This document shows, one piece after another, positions 7,625-18,345 of a stretch of DNA of 64,000 bases. The stretch comes from an uncultured Bacteroidales bacterium (GTDB lineage: Bacteria; Bacteroidota; Bacteroidia; Bacteroidales; UBA3824): positions 1,404 through 65,403 of the forward strand of contig CAMOSO010000040.1 in the NCBI GenBank assembly GCA_946624925.1, written 5' to 3'. The notes below the pieces were generated by a model. That model worked only from the letters and a program-made list of their open reading frames with translations. It had not been told where the DNA came from and made no database searches. Numbering within the stretch: position 1 is the first letter of the stretch; every line of letters begins with the position of its first letter. A program made the position numbers and the translations under genes.

Positions 7625-10600
7625 AAATCCATTGCGTCCTTGCCGTGGCAGTTTTTGTATTTCTTGCCGCTGCCGCATGGACATGGATCGTTGCGCCCCG
7701 GTTTTTTCTCGGCGCGTACCGGCTGAACTCTTTGGATGGGTTCGCGGCGGGGCTGCTGCTGTTGCTGCTGCTTGGGCGAGTCGTTGATGGTATTTGCCTG
7801 CTCCTGCGAAGCCTTCATCTTTTCCTGTTCGCGGCGGATAGCCTGTTCGCGGGCGCGTGCCTGGGCTTGCGCTTGTGCCTGAGCCATTGCGAGTTGCTCC
7901 GGGTCGGGCATAGGTATCTGTGCGCGCATCAAGGTTGATATTACCGACTTGTTGTTTTTGTCGAGCATACGTCCAAAGAGTCCGTTGGATTCTATCTTGA
8001 AGATTACGAGCGGGTCTTTCTGTTCGTAACGAGCGTCCTGTACCGACTGCTTGAGGTCGTCGAGGTCGCGGAGGTGCTGCTTCCAGTTGTCGTCGATGGT
8101 TACGAGCATTATTATCTTCTGGAACGCCTTTGTAATCTCGCGGCAGTCCGATTCGTAGGCTTTTTGGAGGTTGACGCGGATTTGGAATATGCGCCTGCCG
8201 TCGGAGATAGGCACTATGATGTATTCAAACCTATCTTTCTGCGTCTCATAGACGTTTTGGATGATTGGGGCGGCTTTTTCGCGGATGAGTTTCATCTTCT
8301 CCGCCATGCGTTCGAATGCGGTGTTGAAGAGTTTGTCGCCGATGGCAGAATCGTCGAGTTGCAGGAACTCTTGTTCTGTTATCGGGCAGCTGATGCCCAA
8401 GCTCTTTGCCACTTCAAAACAGAATGTGGTGTACTCGTCGTTGCGTCCGTACTTGACGAGATTGTCGCAGGCGTCGTTGAGCATGTTGTTAATCTCGATG
8501 TCGAGGCCGTTGCCATACAATGCGTTGCGTCGTTGACGGTATATTACCTCGCGCTGCTTGTTCATTACGTCGTCGTATTCGAGCAGGCGTTTGCGGATGC
8601 CGAAGTTGTTTTCCTCCACCTTCTTCTGGGCGCGTTCGATGGATTTGGTTACAATCTTGTGCTGGATTACTTCGCCTTCCTCTATGCCCATACGGTCCAT
8701 GAGCGCGGCAATCCTATCGCTGCCAAATAGACGCATCAAATTGTCTTCCAACGATACGTAGAATTGCGAGCTGCCTGGGTCGCCCTGACGTCCGGCACGT
8801 CCGCGCAACTGACGATCGACGCGGCGGCTTTCGTGGCGTTCTGTACCGATGATGGCAAGACCGCCGGCGGCTTTCACTTCGTCGCTCAGCTTGATGTCTG
8901 TACCACGACCCGCCATATTGGTTGCGATGGTGATAGTACCGCTCTGACCTGCCTGAGCCACGATTTCTGCCTCGCGTGCGTGGTATTTGGCGTTGAGGAC
9001 GTTGTGCTGGAGCTTGCGCATCTTGAGCATCTGGCTCAATAGTTCTGAAATTTCCACCGATGTCGTACCCACCAAAACCGGGCGGCCGGCGTCGTGGAGT
9101 CTCTGGATTTCGTCGATTACGGCTTTGTATTTTTCGCGTACTGTCTTATATACGAGGTCTTCCTTGTCGTCGCGTATTACGGGGCGGTTTGTCGGGATTA
9201 CGCAAACGTCGAGTTTGTAAATCTCCCAAAATTCGCCCGCCTCCGTCTCCGCCGTACCGGTCATGCCGGCGAGCTTTTCGTACATGCGGAAGTAGTTTTG
9301 GAGGGTGATTGTGGCAAATGTCTGTGTTGCCGCCTCCACCTTGACGCTTTCCTTGGCTTCGATGGCTTGGTGCAGACCGTCGGAATAGCGGCGACCTTCG
9401 AGGATACGGCCAGTGCCTTCGTCCACGATTTTCACCTTGTTGTCCATAACAACGTATTCCTGGTCGCGCTCAAACATCGTGTAGGCTTTAAGCAACTGAT
9501 TGATAGTGTGTACGCGTTCCGATTTGATTGCAAAATCGCTTTCCACCTTGTCGCGGCGTTCCATTTTTTCCTCCTCGCTGAGGTTAGAATGTTCTATCTC
9601 TGCGATTGCGCTGCCTACATCTGGCAACACGAAAAATTGCGGGTCGTCCGAATTGCCTGTAATCAAGTCGATGCCTTTTTCGGTGAGATCTACAGATTTT
9701 TGTTTTTCCTCAATCACGAAGAAAAGTTCGTCGGTGATTTCGGGCATACGTTTGTTGTTTTCAGCCATGTAGATGGCCTCGGTGTTTTGGAGCAGCACCT
9801 TGTTGCCTTCCTGGCTGAGGAATTTGGTGAGGGCGTTGTTTTTTGGGAGAGCCTTCCAAGCCTTGAGGAGAGCGATGCCGCCTTTGTCGCGGTCGCCGTT
9901 TTTGATATAATTTTTGGCGTCGATGAGTAGGCGGTTGAACAATGCCTTCTGTTCCTCTACGAGTTTTACCACCTTGGGTTTGAGTTCGAGGAACATCTGG
10001 ATGTCGTTGCCGGCGTTTGGCACGGGTCCGCTAATAATAAGAGGTGTGCGGGCGTCGTCGATCAATACGGAGTCCACCTCATCGACGATTGCAAATACGT
10101 GCTTGCGCTGCACGAGTTCTTCGGGCGTGGAGCACATGTTGTCGCGGAGGTAGTCGAAGCCAAACTCGTTGTTGGTACCAAAAGTAATGTCTGAATAATA
10201 AGCCTTGCGTCTTGCGGCGGAGTTGGGCTGATGCTTGTCGATGCAATCCACGGTGAGACCCTGGAACATGTACAACATACCCATCCATTCGCTATCACGT
10301 TTTGCCAAGTAGTCATTGACGGTAACTACGTGTACGCCCCTGCCTGTCAATGCGTTGAGGAATACCGGGAGGGTGGCGACGAGGGTCTTGCCTTCGCCTG
10401 TTGCCATCTCGGCTATCTTGCCTTGATGGAGAGCGATACCGCCTAGGAGCTGCACGTCGTAATGTACCATATTCCATGTCAACATGTTGCCGCCAGCCAT
10501 CCAAGTGTTGGAGTAGATGGCCTTGTCGCCGTTGATGGTTATGTTTTCAAAACGGGTGGCGAGTTCGCGGTCCATGTCGGAGGCTGTTACTTCCACGGTT

Positions 10601-10986
10601 TCGTGCTCGGCAAAACGGTGCGCAGTCTCTTTGATAATCGCAAATGCTTGTGGCAGCATTTCGTCGAGTTGCCCTTTGAGGATTTCCTGGATGTTTTTTT
10701 CCGACTTTTCGATGTCGTTGTAAAGTTGCTCCTGCTCCTTAATGGAGAGAGGGTCATGGCCGTTGAGTTTGTCCTTGAAGCCTTGTAATTGCGCCTCTTC
10801 CTCTTTTATTGAGTCCTTGAGCTGCTGCCTAAGGCTTGTTGTAAGTGCCCTAAGCTCGTCGTTGCTGATGCTGGCGAGTTTGGCGTATTCCGCCTTGATT
10901 TTTTCCACCGTCGGCATCATTTTTTTGATGTCCTTGCTTGACTTGTCGCCAAAAATGGACCTCAAAATATTTTGAATTATGCTCAT
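7615..10986 (-). CDS. secA: Preprotein translocase ATPase SecA
   Basis: 1123 aa with [14 protein letters not shown] (Walker A), [19 protein letters not shown], and the C-terminal zinc motif [14 protein letters not shown]. Confidence 0.97.
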   Translation of the reverse strand: MSIIQNILRSIFGDKSSKDIKKMMPTVEKIKAEYAKLASISNDELRALTTSLRQQLKDSIKEEEAQLQGFKDKLNGHDPLSIKEQEQLYNDIEKSEKNIQEILKGQLDEMLPQAFAIIKETAHRFAEHETVEVTASDMDRELATRFENITINGDKAIYSNTWMAGGNMLTWNMVHYDVQLLGGIALHQGKIAEMATGEGKTLVATLPVFLNALTGRGVHVVTVNDYLAKRDSEWMGMLYMFQGLTVDCIDKHQPNSAARRKAYYSDITFGTNNEFGFDYLRDNMCSTPEELVQRKHVFAIVDEVDSVLIDDARTPLIISGPVPNAGNDIQMFLELKPKVVKLVEEQKALFNRLLIDAKNYIKNGDRDKGGIALLKAWKALPKNNALTKFLSQEGNKVLLQNTEAIYMAENNKRMPEITDELFFVIEEKQKSVDLTEKGIDLITGNSDDPQFFVLPDVGSAIAEIEHSNLSEEEKMERRDKVESDFAIKSERVHTINQLLKAYTMFERDQEYVVMDNKVKIVDEGTGRILEGRRYSDGLHQAIEAKESVKVEAATQTFATITLQNYFRMYEKLAGMTGTAETEAGEFWEIYKLDVCVIPTNRPVIRDDKEDLVYKTVREKYKAVIDEIQRLHDAGRPVLVGTTSVEISELLSQMLKMRKLQHNVLNAKYHAREAEIVAQAGQSGTITIATNMAGRGTDIKLSDEVKAAGGLAIIGTERHESRRVDRQLRGRAGRQGDPGSSQFYVSLEDNLMRLFGSDRIAALMDRMGIEEGEVIQHKIVTKSIERAQKKVEENNFGIRKRLLEYDDVMNKQREVIYRQRRNALYGNGLDIEINNMLNDACDNLVKYGRNDEYTTFCFEVAKSLGISCPITEQEFLQLDDSAIGDKLFNTAFERMAEKMKLIREKAAPIIQNVYETQKDRFEYIIVPISDGRRIFQIRVNLQKAYESDCREITKAFQKIIMLVTIDDNWKQHLRDLDDLKQSVQDARYEQKDPLVIFKIESNGLFGRMLDKNNKSVISTLMRAQIPMPDPEQLAMAQAQAQAQARAREQAIRREQEKMKASQEQANTINDSPKQQQQQQPRREPIQRVQPVRAEKKPGRNDPCPCGSGKKYKNCHGKDAMDLKD

Positions 10987-11058
10987 TATTTTTGTTGTTT
11001 TTTATTAATTGCTTGATTTATAAATAGTTGACCGTTTTCGCCTACTATTTTGGCAGTA

Positions 11059-11066
11059 CAAAGATA
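11059..11066 (-). promoter_or_regulatory. -7 box TATCTTTG (minus strand) upstream of secA
   Basis: The plus strand reads CAAAGATA, which is an exact TAnnTTTG on the secA strand about 73 nt upstream of the ATG. Confidence 0.45.
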
Positions 11067-11141
11067 ATTTTTTTTTTCTTTATTATTAGGGTTTCCTGCA
11101 AAAAAATATTTGTTGGCATGGTTTTTTCGCAAAATGTTTTT

Positions 11142-11149
11142 TAAATTTG
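11142..11149 (+). promoter_or_regulatory. -7 box TAAATTTG upstream of the 11187 gene
   Basis: Exact TAnnTTTG 38 nt upstream of the ATG. Confidence 0.45.
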
Positions 11150-11186
11150 TAGTGCGAAAAACAGTGCTAACATTAACCATAAGAAT

Positions 11187-13202
11187 ATGAAATACCGTTC
11201 AGTACAATTGGGCGTGATAGCAATATCGATAGCGAGCATCAGCATACTGCTGCTGATGTTGGTCTTTTTTTATCGTGTGCAACAGCGCGAGAACGAGAAT
11301 ATCAAGCGCATCACCAATGAGCAGCGCAATTCCATTGTGGACAATATCTACGAGATAAAAACCAATCAGGAGCAGACCCCGGTGTTCGACAATTCCGCGT
11401 GGGACGAGTTGCAGTCTTCGATGGCTAACAACGATATGGAGTGGATTGATGTCAATATTGGCTATATGTCGGAGCATTATTTGGCTGCCACAGTGGCGTT
11501 GTTTGACACCAACAACAAGCTTTTTTATGACAATGTGATGCCCAGTGGCAAAGGAATCGATTTTTATGAAGACCTGAGGCTTCCGGCTATGTTCCGCAAT
11601 AAGTACAAGAACATATTCTATGCCGTGAAAGAAAACAGGCTGTTTGCCTATTATATTTATAAGATAGTGTCGTCCGACGATATTATCACGCGCCAGGAGC
11701 AGGAGACGGGCTACCTCATGCTCGTAAAGGAATATACCGACTCATTGGTGACGGAGATGTCGCGTATGCTTGGCTCTGTGGAGATGCACATCGCGCTCAA
11801 TCAAAACACGCTCGACCAGGCAGAACTCGATAATAAGGACAATTATTTTTATCGTCTCGTCCTCAACAATCAGTACGGCAACCCCGTGGCATACTTATAT
11901 TTTACAGCCGAAAACGAGGTGGAGAGCATTTTCCAAAAGTTGTTGAAGGTAATGCTCGCTGTATTTGGACTTGTATTGTTGATGCTGCTGTCGCTCATCT
12001 TGTACACACAATTGAAAATCGTAAGGCCTCTGCATTTGATAGCCGATGTGTTTTATACCAACGACGTCGGGAAAATCGACAAACTGATGGGCAGCAAGTC
12101 AGAATTTGGCGTGCTGAGCAACAATATCGACAAATTTTTCAAGCAGAAGTACGTTGCCGACGAGATGCACAAGGAGATGGTGGAGCGCAATAAGAAACTC
12201 ACCGACCAGCAAGACACCATCAAAAGGCTTGAGCACCAAGTGGCGGCGCATGAGGACACCATCGACACCCTCAATAAGCACATTGCCGACACCAACCGCG
12301 AAAGAGAGCTCAAGGAGGCGCAGCTTTCAATCAATGAACAGATGCTCGATGAGCAGATGGACAATATCTACAGGCTCGGCGAACAGATTGAAAACCTCAA
12401 AGTCTCGCTGAAGACGTATGAGAAGCAGCTTGTGGAGGTCAACGGGGTGGTGAGCGAAAACCAAAACTACGCCGTCCGCCTGAGGAACGTGATGCAGGTG
12501 ATGGTAACGCCCACAAAGCACGTGTTCCGAGAGTTTTTCCTGTTGGAGAAGCCCAAAGACCGCATCGGCGGCGACTTCCCCTTTGCGCTCAAAATCGAAA
12601 ATTGGGTGATTGCCGGCGTCGGCGATTGCAACATGCAGGGCATTTCGGGCGCGATGCTTTCGTCGATAGACATCTACCTTCTCAACGAAATATTGAGGAT
12701 GAAGCGTCTGTCTGAATTGAGGTCAGACATCGTGCTCAACGACCTCAACCGCAAGATACAATCCACAATGGGCGAGGTGCTCGAATCCGACATCATGCGC
12801 GACGGTCTCCACATGTCCCTGTTTATGTACGACACGGAGACTCTTAAAGGCTATTACTCCGGGTCTAAGCGTACAATGGTGTTGATGAGGCGTGGCGAAG
12901 TGTCGGAACTCTTTGGCGACAACCTCGCAATTGGCAAGGTGCACGGCAACAAGACTTTCAATTGTGTGGAAACCCAGCTCGAGCCTGATGATGTCATCTA
13001 TCTATACTCCGACGGCTGTACCGAGGTGGAGGGCGGCCCATATTGCAAGAAGTTGCTTGCAATCAATTTCAAGAAGGAGATAGCCCGCAGACAGTCGTTG
13101 CAGATTGCCGATCAGAAAAATTCGTTCCGAGAGTTTTACGAAGGTTGGATTGGCGACCTCACGCAGAGCGACGACATCACGCTCTTGGGATTCAGGGTTT
13201 AG
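11187..13202 (+). CDS. Membrane sensor PP2C/SpoIIE-family serine phosphatase (TM, extracytoplasmic domain, TM, long coiled coil, PP2C)
   Basis: 671 aa with two hydrophobic segments (residues ~10-30 and ~250-270) and a heptad-rich region. The C-terminal domain has RIGGDF, GVGDCNMQGISGAMLS, YLYSDG and QSDDITLLGFRV. Confidence 0.8.
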   Translation: MKYRSVQLGVIAISIASISILLLMLVFFYRVQQRENENIKRITNEQRNSIVDNIYEIKTNQEQTPVFDNSAWDELQSSMANNDMEWIDVNIGYMSEHYLAATVALFDTNNKLFYDNVMPSGKGIDFYEDLRLPAMFRNKYKNIFYAVKENRLFAYYIYKIVSSDDIITRQEQETGYLMLVKEYTDSLVTEMSRMLGSVEMHIALNQNTLDQAELDNKDNYFYRLVLNNQYGNPVAYLYFTAENEVESIFQKLLKVMLAVFGLVLLMLLSLILYTQLKIVRPLHLIADVFYTNDVGKIDKLMGSKSEFGVLSNNIDKFFKQKYVADEMHKEMVERNKKLTDQQDTIKRLEHQVAAHEDTIDTLNKHIADTNRERELKEAQLSINEQMLDEQMDNIYRLGEQIENLKVSLKTYEKQLVEVNGVVSENQNYAVRLRNVMQVMVTPTKHVFREFFLLEKPKDRIGGDFPFALKIENWVIAGVGDCNMQGISGAMLSSIDIYLLNEILRMKRLSELRSDIVLNDLNRKIQSTMGEVLESDIMRDGLHMSLFMYDTETLKGYYSGSKRTMVLMRRGEVSELFGDNLAIGKVHGNKTFNCVETQLEPDDVIYLYSDGCTEVEGGPYCKKLLAINFKKEIARRQSLQIADQKNSFREFYEGWIGDLTQSDDITLLGFRV

Positions 13203-13218
13203 GGATCAATTACTATCG

Positions 13219-14115
13219 TTAGTCTTTGCCTTTGCCCAAGATGTCTTTAATTTTTATGTCGCTGTGAATCAGGCAAAATACAACCGCCGTGAAGAATGTC
13301 AACATTGCATAGACCAAGGCAGGTTTTTCGATTTCGCAGGAGTGGGGCAGGGTAGTGGCTACCGAGAGAGCCATCGCGGTGTTTTGGAGGCCGGTCTCGA
13401 TTGCAACTGTGAGTTGCGACGGCTTTTCGAAGCGGCTGAGTTTTGCAATGAAAAATCCGCCGTACATTCCTAAGATGTTGAGTCCTATTACAAAAGGTGT
13501 CAGCAAAAGAGACTCGTCCATCGAGAGTGCGCCGCAGGAATTGGCATTGTTGCCGCCGCCCCAGAATATCTTGATGCTGAACACTATAAGCAACATCAAC
13601 GGCAGTATCCATTTCAACGGACGCTCTAAGGCGTTGGCGATTTTTGGAATGAAACGCCTTATTAATAATCCGCACATCGCGGGCAGTATCACGGTCAATA
13701 ATATGTGTGTAAAACTCTCCGCAAACGACATCTCCACGCTTGCGTCGTTGTCAGTGAAAAACGTTGATGCCAAGGCGATTACGGTTGGGATTGTGAACGG
13801 ACTGAGGATGCTGTTTACGATTGTCATGGAGATAGAGAGGGCGGTGTTGCCCTTGAAGATATGCACAAGAATGTTGCTTGTAGTACCCACGGGACACAAT
13901 GCAATGAGTACGATGCCGAGTTTTGCATATACTGACACGGGTGCAATCCATGCCAACGAGAACGCCAGAAGCGGCAGCACAAGAAGTTGGCTTCCGATGC
14001 CGGTAAAAATGTTTTTGGGATATACAAAGACATTTTTGAAGTCGGTGAACGTCAGCGACATACCGATGCCCACCATTATGATTATAAGTGTGATGTTTAC
14101 TAAAATATCAGCCAT
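13219..14115 (-). CDS. Bile acid:sodium symporter (BASS/SBF) family transporter
   Basis: 298 aa, polytopic, with GMSLTFTDF, CPVGTTSN and ETGLQNTAMAL motifs typical of the family. Confidence 0.8.
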   Translation of the reverse strand: MADILVNITLIIIMVGIGMSLTFTDFKNVFVYPKNIFTGIGSQLLVLPLLAFSLAWIAPVSVYAKLGIVLIALCPVGTTSNILVHIFKGNTALSISMTIVNSILSPFTIPTVIALASTFFTDNDASVEMSFAESFTHILLTVILPAMCGLLIRRFIPKIANALERPLKWILPLMLLIVFSIKIFWGGGNNANSCGALSMDESLLLTPFVIGLNILGMYGGFFIAKLSRFEKPSQLTVAIETGLQNTAMALSVATTLPHSCEIEKPALVYAMLTFFTAVVFCLIHSDIKIKDILGKGKD

Positions 14116-14225
14116 AATTTTATGTATTTTTCGCCGTGCAAATTTACGAAAATTTTTGCTGTATTGTAAAAAGTTTTGTAATATTGCAGGCGGAAAACAT
14201 TGTTTAACTTAAAAAGTCAAATACT

Positions 14226-14444
14226 ATGGAAATATTGTATGGATTTACAGAACAAGAGATTCTGGAGAACAAGGACATGGACAATTTCATTTGCGACCAT
14301 GTAGATTGGGATTTGATACCTGTTGTCATCAAGAAAAGGGTGGCGGCAAGACGTGATTATTACTCTCAGAAGTATCAAGGACAGCTGGGCATTGCGCAGT
14401 ATTTTTACAAAGATTCTGAACCTGTAGTTGCAAAAGCAAGTTAG
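14226..14444 (+). CDS. Small protein, putative antitoxin of the downstream PIN toxin
   Basis: 72 aa, ending 6 nt before the PIN gene. I do not recognise a family, so the call rests on position only. Confidence 0.4.
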   Translation: MEILYGFTEQEILENKDMDNFICDHVDWDLIPVVIKKRVAARRDYYSQKYQGQLGIAQYFYKDSEPVVAKAS

Positions 14445-14450
14445 TGTATT

Positions 14451-14879
14451 ATGGCACGTTACATGTTAGATGCAAATATCTTCGCATTTTATGTTGAAGA
14501 AAGGGATAGATTGAGTGGAGATGTATTGGCAATTCTGAGTGATTATGGAAATTTGCTCTATATGAGTTCAGAATCTGTCAAGGAACTTGTGTGGATACAT
14601 AGAAACAAAAAGGTACTGGCTAAATCATGGAAAACTCAGATAGACATGATTAATGCGATAGAAGATGAGTATAGAATTTCGATTGTGCCTGTTGACGCCA
14701 ATGTTGTAAAAAAAATGTCGCAACTTGAACCCAACACCGCCGAATCCCATAACGACCCATCCGACCTCATTATCATTGCCCATTCGATGGTGATGAAGAT
14801 GCCATTGATTTCGAGTGATAGAAAATTTCCTTTTTACCGTAATCAAGGATTGGATTTGATAACAAATTTTGTAGAATGA
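14451..14879 (+). CDS. PIN-domain ribonuclease toxin (VapC-like)
   Basis: 142 aa with an N-terminal MLDANIF acidic motif and C-terminal DPSDLIIIAHS...LISSDRKF, typical of PIN toxins. The stop overlaps the next ATG (ATGA at 14876-14879). Confidence 0.8.
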   Translation: MARYMLDANIFAFYVEERDRLSGDVLAILSDYGNLLYMSSESVKELVWIHRNKKVLAKSWKTQIDMINAIEDEYRISIVPVDANVVKKMSQLEPNTAESHNDPSDLIIIAHSMVMKMPLISSDRKFPFYRNQGLDLITNFVE

Positions 14880-15661
14880 ATTTCACAGACAAAAAAGTAT
14901 GGATTACAGGCGCGTCGTCGGGGATTGGCGAGGCGTTGACTTATAAATTTTCTGAACTTGGCGCACACCTTATAATATCGTCGCGCCGCGAATCTGAATT
15001 GCAGCGCGTGAAAGCCGCCTGCAAGCATTCCGACAAGGTTACAATCGTTCCCCTCGACCTCGAAAAATACCACGAAATTGCCTCCATCGCCACACCAATT
15101 GTTGAAAAGTTTGGTGCGATTGACATCCTGGTCAATAATGGAGGGGCAAGTCAGCGTGCGTTAGTTTTGGAGGAGGATTTGACCGTCGTAGAAAAGATGA
15201 TGAAAATCAATTTTATGGGTGCTGTTGCGCTTACAAAAGTGATTCTGCCGGGCATGGTGGCTCAAAAATTTGGTCATATCGTTTGTATGAGTAGTCTTGC
15301 GGGCAAGTTTGGAATACCGTTGCGCTCAGGATACGCCGCTGCAAAACACGCTTTGCACGGTTTTTTTGAAACTCTCCGCGCTGAAAATTATGACAACGGC
15401 ATTCGTGTGCTTATGGTTTGTCCGGGCTACATTAATACTAATGTCGCCATCAATGCCCTTGATGCAAACGCCAACAAGCGCAACCAAAATGACCCGGGAC
15501 AAGAGAAGGGACTTGCCCCGTCCGTCCTCGCCGATAAGATAATCAAGGGCATAGAGAAAGAGAAACTCGAAATCACTGCCGGCGGCGGCGAAACCAATGG
15601 AATTTGGGTAAGTCGCTTTTTCCCAAGGCTTTTCGCAAAGATAATCAGAAAAAAGAAGTAA
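14876..15661 (+). CDS. Short-chain dehydrogenase/reductase (SDR) family oxidoreductase
   Basis: TGASSGIGEA cofactor motif, NNGG, and catalytic YAAAKHAL. Confidence 0.9.
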   Translation: MNFTDKKVWITGASSGIGEALTYKFSELGAHLIISSRRESELQRVKAACKHSDKVTIVPLDLEKYHEIASIATPIVEKFGAIDILVNNGGASQRALVLEEDLTVVEKMMKINFMGAVALTKVILPGMVAQKFGHIVCMSSLAGKFGIPLRSGYAAAKHALHGFFETLRAENYDNGIRVLMVCPGYINTNVAINALDANANKRNQNDPGQEKGLAPSVLADKIIKGIEKEKLEITAGGGETNGIWVSRFFPRLFAKIIRKKK

Positions 15662-15663
15662 TG

Positions 15664-15888
15664 AAATTGCACTTTTGAAAGTACAATTTTGAGTTGAAAT
15701 TGACTTTTCCAAAGTACAATTTTATGTAGAATTTGACTTTTTAAAAGTGCAATTTTGGGTTTAAATTGACTTTTCTAAAGTGCAATTTTGTGTTTAAATT
15801 GACTTTTACAAAGTACAATTTTGGGTTTAAATTGACTTTTCTAAAGTGCAATTTTTAATGATTATTAACTTTTTGAAAAGGCAATTTA
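15664..15888. repeat. Tandem array of 33-bp palindromic units (6 good copies plus 1 degenerate)
   Basis: Unit starts at 15664, 15697, 15730, 15763, 15796 and 15829 (exactly 33 bp apart), with consensus AAATTGACTTTTnnAAAGTrCAATTTTnnGTTT. Each unit is an inverted repeat (AAATTGAC.../...GTGCAATTT). Confidence 0.9.
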
Positions 15889-15892
15889 TGCA

Positions 15893-15900
15893 TATATTTG
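15893..15900 (+). promoter_or_regulatory. -7 box TATATTTG upstream of the AAA ATPase gene
   Basis: Exact TAnnTTTG 28 nt upstream of the ATG at 15928, immediately after the 33-bp array. Confidence 0.45.
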
Positions 15901-15927
15901 CGTTGTAGAATATAAAACAACAATGCT

Positions 15928-17133
15928 ATGCAACAGTCTGATATAATGCCTCTTGTAAATGTTTACCGCAGAAAGGTAGATGATGTCAATATGGATTTCA
16001 AGCGTTACTTATTCGACGAAATCGATTGGGAAGACCGTCTTATCGGCATCATGGGCGCAAGAGGCGTCGGAAAAACAACCTTGATTCTGCAATACATCAA
16101 GGAAAAAGTCAAAGACAAAAGCAAGGCTCTATGGGTCTCGCTAGACAATCTGTGGTTCAAGACCAACAGCCTGCTCGACCTTGTGGAATACCTTTACACG
16201 CAGGGCGTCACTCATTTGTTTTTTGACGAGGTACACAAGTTTCCGGACTGGGCGTTGTACTTAAAAAACTTTTACGACAACTATCCCGACCTCAAGATAG
16301 TCTATACGGGTTCGTCGATGCTCAAGATAGACAATTCGAAAGCCGACCTTTCGCGCCGGCAGATAATCTACACCCTCGGCAACCTGTCGTTCAGGGAATA
16401 CCTTGAGTTCAACAAGATACTGAAATTAGACGCAGTATCGCTTCCCGAACTGCTTAAAAGACATGTGGACATAGCATCAGAGATCGTCCCTAAAATAAAG
16501 GTGTTGAAATATTTTGGCGACTATCTCCAAAGAGGATGCTACCCATTTTCGCGCGAGGTAAGACGCGGGTACGACGCACGGCTCAGCACCGTCGTGCAGC
16601 TCGTAATGGAAAGCGACATGCCGGCTTCAAACGACATATCGTACCAGACGGTGGAAAAAACCAAAAAACTGCTGATGCTCATAGTGAGCAACGTGCCATT
16701 TGAAGCCAACATCTCCAAGCTTGCCGAAGCGATAAGCTCCACCCGCGACAGCTGCCTCAAGATGCTCTACACGCTCGACAAGGGCAATATCATCTCCATA
16801 CTCAACAAGGACATGAAAAATTACAAGCACCTGGTCGCGCCAAGCAAGGTATATCTCTACAACACCAACCTGATGTATGCCCTCTCGGGAAAGATAGATA
16901 CCGGCAACATCCGCGAGACATTCTTCCTAAACCAGATGCAGTTGTTGTTTGATGTGCGATACCCCAAGCAGGGAGACTTCCTTGTGGACAACAAATACCT
17001 CTTTGAGGTAGGCGGACCAAACAAGACCTACGACCAGATAAAGAACATCCCTCAGAGCTATCTCGCCGTCGATGGCATAGAATATGGCTTCGGCAACAGG
17101 ATTCCGCTGTGGATGTTTGGAATTTTGTATTGA
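15928..17133 (+). CDS. AAA+ ATPase with a C-terminal DUF4143-type domain (COG1373-like)
   Basis: 401 aa with Walker A GARGVGKTT, Walker B LFFDEVH, and the size and architecture typical of this family. Confidence 0.75.
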   Translation: MQQSDIMPLVNVYRRKVDDVNMDFKRYLFDEIDWEDRLIGIMGARGVGKTTLILQYIKEKVKDKSKALWVSLDNLWFKTNSLLDLVEYLYTQGVTHLFFDEVHKFPDWALYLKNFYDNYPDLKIVYTGSSMLKIDNSKADLSRRQIIYTLGNLSFREYLEFNKILKLDAVSLPELLKRHVDIASEIVPKIKVLKYFGDYLQRGCYPFSREVRRGYDARLSTVVQLVMESDMPASNDISYQTVEKTKKLLMLIVSNVPFEANISKLAEAISSTRDSCLKMLYTLDKGNIISILNKDMKNYKHLVAPSKVYLYNTNLMYALSGKIDTGNIRETFFLNQMQLLFDVRYPKQGDFLVDNKYLFEVGGPNKTYDQIKNIPQSYLAVDGIEYGFGNRIPLWMFGILY

Positions 17134-17162
17134 AAAAGTTGGGTTTGTATGGGAATATTCAT

Positions 17163-17170
17163 TATCTTTG
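17163..17170 (+). promoter_or_regulatory. -7 box TATCTTTG upstream of the glycosyltransferase operon
   Basis: Exact TAnnTTTG 27 nt upstream of the ATG at 17197. Confidence 0.45.
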
Positions 17171-17196
17171 TGTCCTGATAATCAGATAGACATTTT

Positions 17197-18345
17197 ATGA
17201 AGGATTTGACCATAACGTTTGATGGTAAGCGCGCCTCAAACAACAGAACGGGGCTCGGAAATTATAGCCGACATATCATTGGATTGTTGGCTAAGTTTTT
17301 TCCGAGCAATCGTTATGTGATTTTCTTGACAAAACCAAACAAAAATGAGCAGTTGAGGGAGATTCTGGAACAAAATCCAAAAATAGAAACCGTTTTGCCG
17401 AAAAAAGGGTTGTGGAAAAAGTTTTCGTCATTGTGGAGAGTTTTTGAAATTAGGAATGAAATTGCGGAGTACGAAAATATTATATATCACGGACTTAGCA
17501 ATGAATTGCCGTTAACTATAAAAAAGACTAATGCTAAGAGCGTGGTAACGATTCACGACCTGATTTTCCTGAAATTTCCGAAATACTACAAGTTTTTTGA
17601 CCGCAAAATTTACGCCTACAAATTTCGTAAGGCGTGCGAAAATGCCGACAAAATTATTGCTGTAAGCGAATGTACAAAAAGGGATGTTGTCGATATTTTC
17701 AACATAAATCCCGACAAAATCAAGGTGATTTATCAGGGGTGCGACAAGGTTTTCAAGACCGATGTCCCTGATGATGTATTGCGTGATGTAAGGCAAAAAT
17801 ATAATCTTCCCGACCGATTTTTGCTTAATGTTGGCAGCATCGAGGAGCGCAAAAATGCACTTTTGATTGTCAAGGCATTGCCACTTTTGAAAGAAAAAAT
17901 GCCGCTTGTAATTGTCGGCAAGAGAACTAAATACACTTCGGAAATCGAAAAAGCAGCCGAAAATTTGGGTGTCAGCAATTTGTTGCATATTTTGGACAAA
18001 GTGCCTTTTGAAGACCTTGCGCCGATTTATCATTTGTGCGATGTTTTCATCTATCCGTCGCGGTATGAGGGGTTTGGTATTCCGATAATTGAGGCCATCT
18101 GCTGCGGTGTGCCTGTGATTGCGGCTACGGGATCTTGTCTTGAAGAGGCGGGCGGACCGGATTGCATTTATGTAGATCCTGATGATGAAGATGCATTGTC
18201 GGCAGCAATAGAAAAATTTTCCACTGACACTGCCTTCCGCCAGAATTCAATCGAAAATAGTAAAAAATATGTGGAAAAATTTTCGGAAGAAATTCAGGCT
18301 AAACAATTAATGGAATGTTATAAAGAAATTTGTGATGAAAGATAA
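17197..18345 (+). CDS. Glycosyltransferase family 4 (group 1)
   Basis: 382 aa with the C-terminal YPSRYEGFGIPIIEA (EX7E-type) motif. Confidence 0.85.
   Translation: MKDLTITFDGKRASNNRTGLGNYSRHIIGLLAKFFPSNRYVIFLTKPNKNEQLREILEQNPKIETVLPKKGLWKKFSSLWRVFEIRNEIAEYENIIYHGLSNELPLTIKKTNAKSVVTIHDLIFLKFPKYYKFFDRKIYAYKFRKACENADKIIAVSECTKRDVVDIFNINPDKIKVIYQGCDKVFKTDVPDDVLRDVRQKYNLPDRFLLNVGSIEERKNALLIVKALPLLKEKMPLVIVGKRTKYTSEIEKAAENLGVSNLLHILDKVPFEDLAPIYHLCDVFIYPSRYEGFGIPIIEAICCGVPVIAATGSCLEEAGGPDCIYVDPDDEDALSAAIEKFSTDTAFRQNSIENSKKYVEKFSEEIQAKQLMECYKEICDER

Noticed and set aside
8074-9930. Long antisense ORFs inside secA (8074-8730, 9094-9930 and others)
   Set aside because: secA is unambiguous on the minus strand. 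The antisense products are V/L/F/H/A-rich with no motifs, which is the usual shadow-ORF effect of codon bias.
15664-15888. The 33-bp tandem array as a possible CRISPR array for the cas9 at the left edge
   Set aside because: The units abut with only about 6 variable nt and there are no 25-40 nt unique spacers. The unit is unrelated to either tracr anti-repeat, and the array lies 12 kb from cas9 with core genes in between.
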